The position numbers and the translations under genes were made by a program. The notes under the pieces are model-generated. The model was not told the DNA's origin. It worked only from the letters and a program-made list of their open reading frames with translations, and ran no database searches. DNA of 30,253 nucleotides from a virus (taxonomy: Duplodnaviria > Caudoviricetes), in IMG/VR virus record IMGVR_UViG_3300031848_000026, positions 1 to 30,253 of that record, one strand, 5' to 3'. Every line of letters begins with the position of its first letter. The first letter of the stretch is position 1. Shown here piece after piece: positions 20,703-28,716 of the stretch.

Positions 20703-23189
20703 TTAAACAGCACTACGATGAGGTGCTACTGTGTTAGTGCCTGCACTATTATCTGTTGGATCTGAAGTCGGAGGTGTTGCTTGTGCAATTAAAATTTCTT
20801 CGTTTAAACTTCTAATTGCATCTGCTTCTTCATTATGAAATCTGTTAACAACACTATTTCTAATACCTTCACTGCTGCTAGGGAAATATTTGCCGCCATG
20901 CTCAGCGCGGCGTTCGGAATATAATGCTCTAATTAACGCTGCGTCAGTAGGCACTGTTGCAGTTATATCAGTTGATGTAAATCCCAATCCGGCTAATGCA
21001 TTTCGAAAAACTTTTGATGCGCCGCCTGCTCCGTGTTGTATTGTTGTAGAAAATGCTGCTTGACGGACTGTTATAGACCGAAGTGCAAGATTAATTCCGG
21101 AACCATTTAAGATACGTTTAGCTCCAGGGACATAGTATTTCAATCCTGCATACTGGCTTTGTACCTCACCGCCTTCGTCTGTACCCATTACTAAAGACCA
21201 AGCTTCTTTATATGCTGCACTACCTGCTCTTCCTCCAGCTGGGCCGCCAGCAGCATACAGTTGTGATTCTAATTCAGGGTATTTATTTTTTAACCAATTA
21301 TGAAATTCATTTAGTGAGCCTGTATTTGCTGCAAGTTGGTATTTTCCGTAGCTCCAGCCACCGGTACTATCCCATCCAATAATACCAGGATCGCCCCGAG
21401 ATTCATATTTTTCACTTAATGCTCCTATATTTTCATCAAACACATAGTCACTGTTATAGTCTCCTGGAGGTACAGGCGCTTGTCCGCTGCCGCCTGGACG
21501 ACTAGAATTTCCTGTACTAACATTGCCGCCGCTGCCTTGTACATATCCACTCGATTTTCTACCTTGTAAATTTTTGTCAAACGTATCTGGAGTAACAACA
21601 CGGTCTGCACTAGGAAGTGCGCCAGGCGAATCTCTATCTGTGTAAATTTTCTTAAACGATAACGGATCTAAGTTTTCATGATGCGGCCAAGGCTCATGTT
21701 GGGGGGATCTTGCTAATATACTTTCGTAGGAGCTTATTTGTCCGCCGGATTCAGTACGAGGTAATGTATTTGTTGTCAAAGGAGTTACTTCTTCAGCAAC
21801 ATTTGATGGTGCTGCTTTTGGTCCGTTCATATGAACATACGTTGCTGTTTCTCTATGCTCTTTAGCACTAGTAATATGTGTCGAGCCTGCGGCTGTTAAT
21901 CTGTTGTCTTTACCTGAATGTATATGTAATGATTTTGTTGTGTCAATATATTGCGATTCTTTTACTTTTATGTGCTGATTTTTACCTACTGTAATTTTAC
22001 TATTTGCTCCAACATGCAAATTAAAGTTTTGTTTAGATTCAATTTGAACTCTGCCTGTTTCGCCTTCGCCGTCTTGGTTTCTGCCTGTAGCTCTAATATT
22101 AACATTCCTACCAGCTTCCATATTAATGTCGCGTTCAGCAGTAATGTTTAAATCGTTCTCGGTCATAATACTAACACTATCTTGTGCATGAATATCAATT
22201 TTACCATCACTGGACATTTCTATCCAAGTAGTTCCTCTAGCATTTCCTATGTAAATTAAGTCTTCACTGTTGTGCATTAATAGTTGATGGCCAGTTCTAG
22301 TTCTAAAACGCAGTAATTCATTTTGTGGGATAGTACTGTCGCCGCCCGCTTCGTTGGCGCTTTTGTTTTTATAAATCGGAGGTCCGTCTTCTGCGTGTGT
22401 TGTGCGCACAAATCTTTCGTCACCGTCATCCATTGCAAATGAACTTCCGCCTAGTCTATTAGAAGGAACTGCTACCTTATTTCCTGCTGTTCCAATCTCT
22501 GCTTTTGGAGAGCCGTCTCTGCGATCTTTAGGCCCAGGCGTACTAATGCCAAATACCATACTTGGCATCTCTCGCCTCGAACTAGTTGTAGTTGTGCCTC
22601 TGGCTTCGTCATTTAACAAACCTTGTATTTCAAGTGTTTCTGTAAAATCTTTGTTATATGGTTTAGCAAATAGTGTCGGATCAACTCTTGCGCCTGTTTC
22701 TATTGCTTTGTTATATTCGCCTACTGGAAGTTTTCTTCCTCTTAGTCCCGGCGGAGTATTTGCAGTTGTGTTTTGTGTTGATGCTCGGCCGTCAGGAACC
22801 ATAAAGTTCATATTTTCTGAAGGTATACATCCAATCCAATAACCAAAGTTTGCATTGCCCTCAGCAAATATTACAAGAACTTTAGTTCCTATATCGGGTG
22901 GTACCATCCACATGCCGTAACTTTTTTGTGTGTGTTCGTAACCTTCATTTACGCTAATTGCAGAACTTGGAGTTACTCCGTAAAATGGAGAAAGGTATTT
23001 TACATTTAATAACTGTCCAGACTTCTCTGGTGTTCCGCCTGCGCTTGTATATCGTAATAGTTCAACAGTCATGCCGCCCATGTATTTTGTGTCAAGGTTA
23101 TTAACTACAATTGCTTCATACGGTCCTCTGTCTGCAAAACCAGATGTACTACTGCTGATTGTTCTTGTATAGTTGCCGTTTCCTGCCAT
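20703..23189 (-). CDS. gp5: Baseplate central spike, gp5/VgrG-like, with a C-terminal lysozyme-like (VgrG3-type) peptidoglycan hydrolase domain (828 aa)
   Basis: OB-fold-type motif SYGMWMVPPDIGTKVLVIFAEGNANFGYWIGC; beta-helix repeats RTRTGHQLLM...IEMSSDGKIDIHAQDSVSIMTENDLNITAERDINMEAGRNVNI; after a G/S/P linker, the domain LSEKYES..D..GGWSYGKYQL...STTIQHG...LIRALYSER...SVVNRFHNE. Confidence 0.85.
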   Translation of the reverse strand: MAGNGNYTRTISSSTSGFADRGPYEAIVVNNLDTKYMGGMTVELLRYTSAGGTPEKSGQLLNVKYLSPFYGVTPSSAISVNEGYEHTQKSYGMWMVPPDIGTKVLVIFAEGNANFGYWIGCIPSENMNFMVPDGRASTQNTTANTPPGLRGRKLPVGEYNKAIETGARVDPTLFAKPYNKDFTETLEIQGLLNDEARGTTTTSSRREMPSMVFGISTPGPKDRRDGSPKAEIGTAGNKVAVPSNRLGGSSFAMDDGDERFVRTTHAEDGPPIYKNKSANEAGGDSTIPQNELLRFRTRTGHQLLMHNSEDLIYIGNARGTTWIEMSSDGKIDIHAQDSVSIMTENDLNITAERDINMEAGRNVNIRATGRNQDGEGETGRVQIESKQNFNLHVGANSKITVGKNQHIKVKESQYIDTTKSLHIHSGKDNRLTAAGSTHITSAKEHRETATYVHMNGPKAAPSNVAEEVTPLTTNTLPRTESGGQISSYESILARSPQHEPWPHHENLDPLSFKKIYTDRDSPGALPSADRVVTPDTFDKNLQGRKSSGYVQGSGGNVSTGNSSRPGGSGQAPVPPGDYNSDYVFDENIGALSEKYESRGDPGIIGWDSTGGWSYGKYQLAANTGSLNEFHNWLKNKYPELESQLYAAGGPAGGRAGSAAYKEAWSLVMGTDEGGEVQSQYAGLKYYVPGAKRILNGSGINLALRSITVRQAAFSTTIQHGAGGASKVFRNALAGLGFTSTDITATVPTDAALIRALYSERRAEHGGKYFPSSSEGIRNSVVNRFHNEEADAIRSLNEEILIAQATPPTSDPTDNSAGTNTVAPHRSAV

Positions 23190-23190
23190 G

Positions 23191-24330
23191 TTATTGTGGT
23201 CCTATTGTTGCGTTAGCGTTAGGTGCAGTAGTTGGTGTTGGCTCTACTGCTTCGATACTTGGTCCAGTATCTGGAGTAAAAACTTTTTTACCAGTATTAA
23301 AGTCGTATCTATCTAAACCAGTTTCCATTGCTTTATATATGTATACATTTGGTGGGCGTGAGTTGTTGGGTGCTGGCGCAGTGCCATTAGCTGCTGCTCC
23401 TGGCGTAGTAACTACAGTTGGAGATACAACTGTACCTGCTGCGGCTTTGCCTTTTCCAATTAATCCTTTTGCTGCATCAAGCGAGCCTATTCCAGATGCT
23501 GCTTTTTTAGCAGCCGCTAGAGCAATAGCCGCAGGTGTTCTTCCGTCATTAGGTGCTGGAGCAACACTACCAGATCCTGTTCCTGTTGTGTCAGGCAAAC
23601 ATGGTTTTAAGGCAGGTGCACCTTGTGCCATATATTTCATCTGTTCTGGAGTAGCTATGTCACCAACTTTAAGATTTTTAACTTGGTCAGCCATACTAAT
23701 TTCTGTTGTTGTAACTGTGCCTGCAGTTTTAGGATCATTAACTGTTTTAGTTTCAACTGTAACTCCAGTTGTGGCGCTGGATGTGGATGCAGTTACGCCT
23801 GGAGGTCTTGAGTAGTCTAGATCCGGATTGGGTACAATATAAGGTACGCCGCATCTTGTATCTGGTGTGCCATCTGGGTGACCACCGTTGGCATTAACCC
23901 GTATATATTCCATAGTTTCGGACATGTTCATAGTTCTCGATACTGGCATTCCAAGTTCTATGCGCATCTTCGCATTCTCGGCTATGTCATCGATGTTCTT
24001 TTTCCTTTTTATGCCCCAAATAATCAAAGGCTTAAACCGCGTGTATCCCAAACTGGTTTTAGTGGCGGTGAAAAATTTAGGTGTACCTGGATATCCTAGA
24101 TTGTGTATTCCTTGATCATCAATAACAACAACAATTGTATTACTATACAACTCATCAGTGTTTGTTATATCACCTTTTAGGCTCTCTAAATCATCATATG
24201 TTTCGTATACTGGCCAAGGGGCATTTTGGCTAGGATCTAGAAAATACGGTTCGCGAGGGTTATCTTTAATGCCATTAGATTGATCTAATTTTCCTTGACC
24301 TTCTTCTGGACCGCCGTCTGCGTCTTCCAT
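23191..24330 (-). CDS. Hypothetical protein (379 aa) between hub and spike; globular N-half and T/A/P/G-rich C-half
   Basis: Strong SD AGGAGG 6 nt upstream of the ATG, which overlaps the hub stop (TAATG). Its stop is 1 nt before the spike ATG. No family recognised. Confidence 0.7.
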   Translation of the reverse strand: MEDADGGPEEGQGKLDQSNGIKDNPREPYFLDPSQNAPWPVYETYDDLESLKGDITNTDELYSNTIVVVIDDQGIHNLGYPGTPKFFTATKTSLGYTRFKPLIIWGIKRKKNIDDIAENAKMRIELGMPVSRTMNMSETMEYIRVNANGGHPDGTPDTRCGVPYIVPNPDLDYSRPPGVTASTSSATTGVTVETKTVNDPKTAGTVTTTEISMADQVKNLKVGDIATPEQMKYMAQGAPALKPCLPDTTGTGSGSVAPAPNDGRTPAAIALAAAKKAASGIGSLDAAKGLIGKGKAAAGTVVSPTVVTTPGAAANGTAPAPNNSRPPNVYIYKAMETGLDRYDFNTGKKVFTPDTGPSIEAVEPTPTTAPNANATIGPQ

Positions 24331-27300
24331 TACGTGCCTCCTAATAGTGAACTAGCTTTAGATTTAGCTGCGCCAGACACACTAGCAATTTTTTCATTTG
24401 CGGCGCGAGAAGCTGTTACTGCATCAGTTGCCTTTTGTCCTGCTGCAAGTCCAGCTTGGAGATCAGTAGGTTTGAAGCCGCCTTTTAAAGCTGTTCCAAT
24501 GCCGCCTATTGCATTACTTGCTAGTGAGCCGGCAGCAATTCCTGCTACGCCGCCAAGCTTACCTGCTACTGCGCTGAATGCTGCGTCTTTTAATCCACTT
24601 GAGATTGCACCTGGAATAATCTTGCTTAAATCCGGAAGTTTTGCAAAGGGGTTTTTATCTTTTTCAAGGCCCGCGATTGCTGTTTTAAAGTCACCAGCTG
24701 CGTTGCTGAGCATGTTCTCAAGCTGATCAAGTCCATTTGTTGCGTTTGCTGCAACATCTGCTCCAATTGCTGGATTTATTATTCTAATATCATCACTTTT
24801 TGGAGCTGGAAAACAATCAACTCCTGGTTGCTGGCCTCCGACTGTGCCGTCTGATTGTACGCCATCTTTTGTTAGTGCAGCATCGTTGTTTATTTGCATT
24901 GTACCTGAGCTTTCTGTAGTTTCTTCATCGTCTTGACCTTTACGTCTTATGAGCTTAATAAGCTGAGTAAACTTGCCACTGCTAAACCTATTAGTAACTG
25001 CCCATATTTGAAATAATCCACTAAATCCTGGAACAACTTGCGGAAACTCCATTGTTGCTCCTTTAATTTGATAATCAAACGGAGTTTTAAAATTTACTAT
25101 ACAAAATACTGACTGGTCTAAGTAGTTCATTGTGCCGCCATTAATTTCAGACACATTATTTCCAACAGCACCAATATAGTTGCCAGTTTGTTGTGGTATA
25201 AAATATGGGTCGCCTAGTATTTCCATTTCAGCAGTAACCATGTCTACATTCATTTTTGTAATTTTATCATGAAACATTTCTGCAATTTTTCGTCGTATAT
25301 CACTACCTGCATAGCCAGACGATTCATCTACGGTGGCTACTAATTCTGTGGCTGCACTGCCGTCTTCATTTGTCTTTTTTCCGCTTGGTCCTGCGATTGT
25401 AGCGCCTCCGTCCGTCTCGTTACCAGAGGCATTATTTGTTGCATTATCAGAAGCTGCTCGAGTGCCGCCGCCTGACATGCCGAGATCTGCATACGCAGTC
25501 AAGTGATATGCATTATTAAATGTTAAATCAAAATTTAACACATCTTCGTTTTTTCCGCTATAGATATAATTGTATTGTTTCTGCGCAAGGGCTCGTAGTC
25601 CTTTGGTATTTTGCGGAGCTTGGTTGCCCGCCATTGTAACTGATTGGTCAACTTCGTATTCGATAACACTGTACACATAAACTCGAGGACGTCTTCCCAT
25701 TGTTGCTTCAGTCAAGGCACCTTCGTCAATATAAACTTGCGTATCAATTCTAAACCATTTGTTCATGCCATTTTTGGCACCTTCAGTTGACTTTTCAGCA
25801 GCGTAATCTGTTTGTAATACCATTTTTTCAATAATAGCAGTAATTTGCTGTCCTTGGGTAAACTGATGCTCCCTTGATTTATCTGCAGGCTGAGCTGCTA
25901 GACCAGCCGGATCAACTTGGCCTGTTTCAGGATTAGTTGCTGCTTTTACGTCTGCTGCGGATGTATTTCCAGCTGCATTTGTATCTACGTTTAATGGACT
26001 TAGGCCTATCGCATTCATTAAATCAGTATTTTCAGCAAACGTTTTAAGTATTCCATACGTGTCGTTAGGAGGTATAATTGTTATAGTTGTTGGGGAAAAT
26101 GATGATTGGATATCCGGAGATTTATCAGATACTCCTTGTCTTTGAATTTCTAAATCTTCAGGAGTAGAAGTAAATGCAGTATCGTCTTGTTCTCCTTTTT
26201 GAAGTGCTTCTTTTATTAAGCTGCGTGTTTTTGGAAAACAAATAACATATCTATCATATGGTGCAAGTGCGCCGGCTTCTTCCAAAGCTGCTATGGCGCC
26301 ATTAACTGCACCTGTTACTGACTGATCATTTGTTTCAAGAATTTCTGAACATAGTGTGCCTGCTGCTTTAACATTTATATTAATTTTATTAATGTCATCA
26401 GATAATCCTGTTTCAGTCATTGGAACTGCTGATACTACATATTTGCTTCCTTGGCCCGAAACATTAAAATCCATATTGGTTATTGTAATTGGAATAAACA
26501 TTGGTTGCGTTAAAAAATTTGCATTAGTTGTGCCGTCTAAATTATAGCCAGCAAAGTCAATCTTTATACAAAACGGAGCATGTGCATAATTAGCATACCC
26601 TGCATCATATGCTGCACCCCTGAGTGCTTGTATAAAATTTCCCATACTATAAGGCTCAGTAACATTAAATGATAAAGATGTTCCTAATGTCATTCTAGTA
26701 TTTTCATTAGGCGCAACTACTGAATCTAATTCAATATCATCAATATAATATTCTGCGTGTGTTTGCGATCCGTCCTGGTGGTGATTTGCTGCAACGTTGC
26801 CAGCGTGTTCATCAAACACTTGATATCGGTTGCCTAGGTTGCCACCTGCACTTTGTATTATGTAATTTTTAAAACTTCCTATACCTCTATAAGTATCAGG
26901 ATTATTATATTCTGTTGCGCTAAGTACACCTAACGTAATTATATAATTAACTCCGTTATATCCCCTTAACGGATTAGGTACTTTACTTGCGGATGAATCG
27001 TTAACTTCATACGACGGCAAGAATCCACTATCAATGTAGTCAGGGGATATATTAGTTCTTTTTGATAATTCTTTGTACTGGTCCATTACCAGTCCATATC
27101 CTCCGTCGAGGCCTTTAAGATCTGCTGCGCCTTTTTCTACTATTTTACAAGCCATGTCAGCCACGCCTTGAAGCTCAGGTGCGTTAGCTATTAGTCCATT
27201 TAATTTTCCGTTTATTGCACCCATTAGTCCGTCGGCTCCGCCACCAAGTGCTCCACCAAGTGCTCCACCAAGTGCTCCACCAATGGCGCCTTTAATGTCT

Positions 27301-27452
27301 CCGCCTTTTAGTGCCGATGACATCAACTGACTGCTAACTCCAGGAATTTTAGAACTAATTTTGGCGCTAACAGTACTGATTGCTGCTGATTTTACTTTAT
27401 TTTTTGCACTGTTGCTTAAACTTTTAGCTGCTGATTTAAGATTATATGCCAT
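24330..27452 (-). CDS. Baseplate hub-like protein (gp27/gpD/gp44-type position and motifs) with Gly/Ala-rich termini (1040 aa)
   Basis: FNVTEPYSMGNF, AEMEILGDPYF and FSGLFQIWAVTNRFSSGKFTQLIKLIR resemble hub-protein motifs; located between gp53 and the spike; SD AGGA. Confidence 0.65.
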   Translation of the reverse strand: MAYNLKSAAKSLSNSAKNKVKSAAISTVSAKISSKIPGVSSQLMSSALKGGDIKGAIGGALGGALGGALGGGADGLMGAINGKLNGLIANAPELQGVADMACKIVEKGAADLKGLDGGYGLVMDQYKELSKRTNISPDYIDSGFLPSYEVNDSSASKVPNPLRGYNGVNYIITLGVLSATEYNNPDTYRGIGSFKNYIIQSAGGNLGNRYQVFDEHAGNVAANHHQDGSQTHAEYYIDDIELDSVVAPNENTRMTLGTSLSFNVTEPYSMGNFIQALRGAAYDAGYANYAHAPFCIKIDFAGYNLDGTTNANFLTQPMFIPITITNMDFNVSGQGSKYVVSAVPMTETGLSDDINKININVKAAGTLCSEILETNDQSVTGAVNGAIAALEEAGALAPYDRYVICFPKTRSLIKEALQKGEQDDTAFTSTPEDLEIQRQGVSDKSPDIQSSFSPTTITIIPPNDTYGILKTFAENTDLMNAIGLSPLNVDTNAAGNTSAADVKAATNPETGQVDPAGLAAQPADKSREHQFTQGQQITAIIEKMVLQTDYAAEKSTEGAKNGMNKWFRIDTQVYIDEGALTEATMGRRPRVYVYSVIEYEVDQSVTMAGNQAPQNTKGLRALAQKQYNYIYSGKNEDVLNFDLTFNNAYHLTAYADLGMSGGGTRAASDNATNNASGNETDGGATIAGPSGKKTNEDGSAATELVATVDESSGYAGSDIRRKIAEMFHDKITKMNVDMVTAEMEILGDPYFIPQQTGNYIGAVGNNVSEINGGTMNYLDQSVFCIVNFKTPFDYQIKGATMEFPQVVPGFSGLFQIWAVTNRFSSGKFTQLIKLIRRKGQDDEETTESSGTMQINNDAALTKDGVQSDGTVGGQQPGVDCFPAPKSDDIRIINPAIGADVAANATNGLDQLENMLSNAAGDFKTAIAGLEKDKNPFAKLPDLSKIIPGAISSGLKDAAFSAVAGKLGGVAGIAAGSLASNAIGGIGTALKGGFKPTDLQAGLAAGQKATDAVTASRAANEKIASVSGAAKSKASSLLGGT
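27241..27283. repeat. Perfect 12-bp tandem repeat (CCACCAAGTGCT) x about 3.6, encoding GALG repeats in the hub N-terminus
   Basis: ccaccaagtgct ccaccaagtgct ccaccaagtgct ccaccaa is read directly from the sequence. Confidence 0.9.
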
Positions 27453-27453
27453 A

Positions 27454-27750
27454 TTAAAATCCTAATGTGTTACGTAATGCCGACGGATCTGGTAGAAATA
27501 TTTTAGTACCTGCAACGAAGTCAAATACAGGATCTTTTAATATATCTAAATTACGCTGTGCAAATACCCACCATAGATCTTTTCTACCATACGTAATGTG
27601 TGCTAGCAAATCAGGGCGATATGTAAATTCAGTAGTTATTTCAAATAAAATATCTTCTTTGTTAATCGGAACTGGTCGAGGTTTTAGTATATCTAAATAG
27701 CCGTTGCGATTAATTGGTGTACGTGCATACGGGCTTAAATTGTTTTCCAT
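27454..27750 (-). CDS. gp53: Baseplate wedge protein gp53-like / LysM-fold (98 aa)
   Basis: YRPDLLAHITYGRKDLWWVFAQRN...DPVFDFVAGTKIFLP is the gp53/gpX LysM-type signature; TAATG coupling to the upstream gene. Confidence 0.85.
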   Translation of the reverse strand: MENNLSPYARTPINRNGYLDILKPRPVPINKEDILFEITTEFTYRPDLLAHITYGRKDLWWVFAQRNLDILKDPVFDFVAGTKIFLPDPSALRNTLGF

Positions 27751-28595
27751 TATACAAATCCTTCCGCGCCGCCAATATGTCCGCCGGCAGCAAAATCATT
27801 TAAACTAAATCCTGCTTGCGAACGCCTTGCGTATTGCGGCTGTAATGTAACTGTTATTGAACTTTGTGTAGGAACATAGTTTGGTAATCCGCCAATAGTA
27901 CATTCAACATAATCTACATCAACTGGTAAATCTGTAGTAAAGTTCGTTATTACGACTGGAATATTATTCAATATATGTTTACCGTATCCATTTAGTCTAC
28001 AAACAACAGGAGGATTGCCTAACGGATTACTATTACCGTAAAACATTTTTGTTGCAGATCTTAAAAAGTGCAAACATGCAATCCAATACCTAGCATCAGC
28101 TTCATTTTCTTGATAAAATTCGCCAGTAATTGTAATTGCATCAACTTGACTACTTTCATATGCATTATACGCATAATTTGTATGTGTCGGCTGCACTTGT
28201 GAATAGTTTGCGCTATGACTTAAAAGCACTGTAGGATTAAAAGGAAATATCATTCTATTTCCTGTATTGAATACGCTAGTGTCGCTTGGTTCTCGCATCG
28301 GAGCAAGTATTTCTCCCTCGTCTAATATAACGTCTGGAACACTAATACTAACACGCCAATCACTTGCGTCACTTACACTATTACTTGATGAAATAATTGC
28401 CCTAGAAATAGTTCTATTATTTGTGCCGAAGCCTCCAGTTTGATTAACAAAACTTGCTGCAAGTTTTCCTAATGGACCTAAACTTCCTAACTTCTGAGTT
28501 ATAACATCGCCAATGGCACCTGAGACTGCGCCCTTCACATCACTCACAATGCTACTTAGAAAGTTTGAAGATGCTTTTTTAATACTAAACGCCAT
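27750..28595 (-). CDS. Tail tube initiator / baseplate-tube junction protein (gp48/gp54, gpU or CIS tube-like; 281 aa)
   Basis: FPFNPTVLLSHSANY...ITITGEF...LHFLRSATKMFYG..GNPPVVCRLNGYG...IPVVITNFTTDLP resembles the tube-fold initiator family. First gene of the operon, with SD AGGAG. Confidence 0.7.
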   Translation of the reverse strand: MAFSIKKASSNFLSSIVSDVKGAVSGAIGDVITQKLGSLGPLGKLAASFVNQTGGFGTNNRTISRAIISSSNSVSDASDWRVSISVPDVILDEGEILAPMREPSDTSVFNTGNRMIFPFNPTVLLSHSANYSQVQPTHTNYAYNAYESSQVDAITITGEFYQENEADARYWIACLHFLRSATKMFYGNSNPLGNPPVVCRLNGYGKHILNNIPVVITNFTTDLPVDVDYVECTIGGLPNYVPTQSSITVTLQPQYARRSQAGFSLNDFAAGGHIGGAEGFV

Positions 28596-28618
28596 AATTA
28601 TATTGTCTCCTATACTAC

Positions 28619-28624
28619 TATTTA
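28619..28624 (-). promoter_or_regulatory. Putative late promoter TAAATA heading the baseplate operon
   Basis: Minus strand GTCAACTAAATAGTAGTATAGGAGACAATATAATT-ATG. Confidence 0.65.
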
Positions 28625-28625
28625 G

Positions 28626-28654
28626 TTGACAAAATTATGTATGTATATTATAAT
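28626..28654 (+). promoter_or_regulatory. Sigma70 consensus promoter P1 for gp55
   Basis: TTGACA (28626-28631), 17-nt spacer, TATAAT (28649-28654): perfect consensus. Confidence 0.85.
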
Positions 28655-28664
28655 TATTCTTTGG

Positions 28665-28693
28665 TTGACACTGATACAATTGTCGTGTATAAT
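28665..28693 (+). promoter_or_regulatory. Sigma70 consensus promoter P2 for gp55
   Basis: TTGACA (28665-28670), 17-nt spacer, TATAAT (28688-28693): perfect consensus. SD AGGAG at 28709-28713. Confidence 0.88.
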
Positions 28694-28716
28694 AGTAATT
28701 AACACTATAGGAGAGA

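Noticed and set aside
5191-21610. Short minus-strand alternate-frame ORFs inside the giant gene and spike (5191-5379, 9637-9828, 14842-15033, 15754-15939, 21425-21610)
   Set aside because: About 60 aa each, nested out of frame in well-supported genes, with no protein-like features.
27241-27283. Direct repeats as a possible CRISPR array or DGR element
   Set aside because: The 12-bp units are contiguous with no spacers and lie in frame within a CDS; no cas or reverse transcriptase gene is in the window.
1326-27700. Numerous plus-strand ORFs of 60-220 aa (e.g. 1326-1685, 4032-4388, 22402-22842, 23159-23815, 24295-24726)
   Set aside because: They are antisense shadows of long minus-strand genes with no recognisable motifs; stop-poor antisense frames are expected from the codon bias.
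1-28595. Interpretation as a bacterial eCIS, tailocin or T6SS locus
   Set aside because: Adjacent gp55 and gp47 genes and T4-like late promoter motifs indicate a lytic phage genome; no T6SS membrane complex or eCIS ATPase gene is seen.
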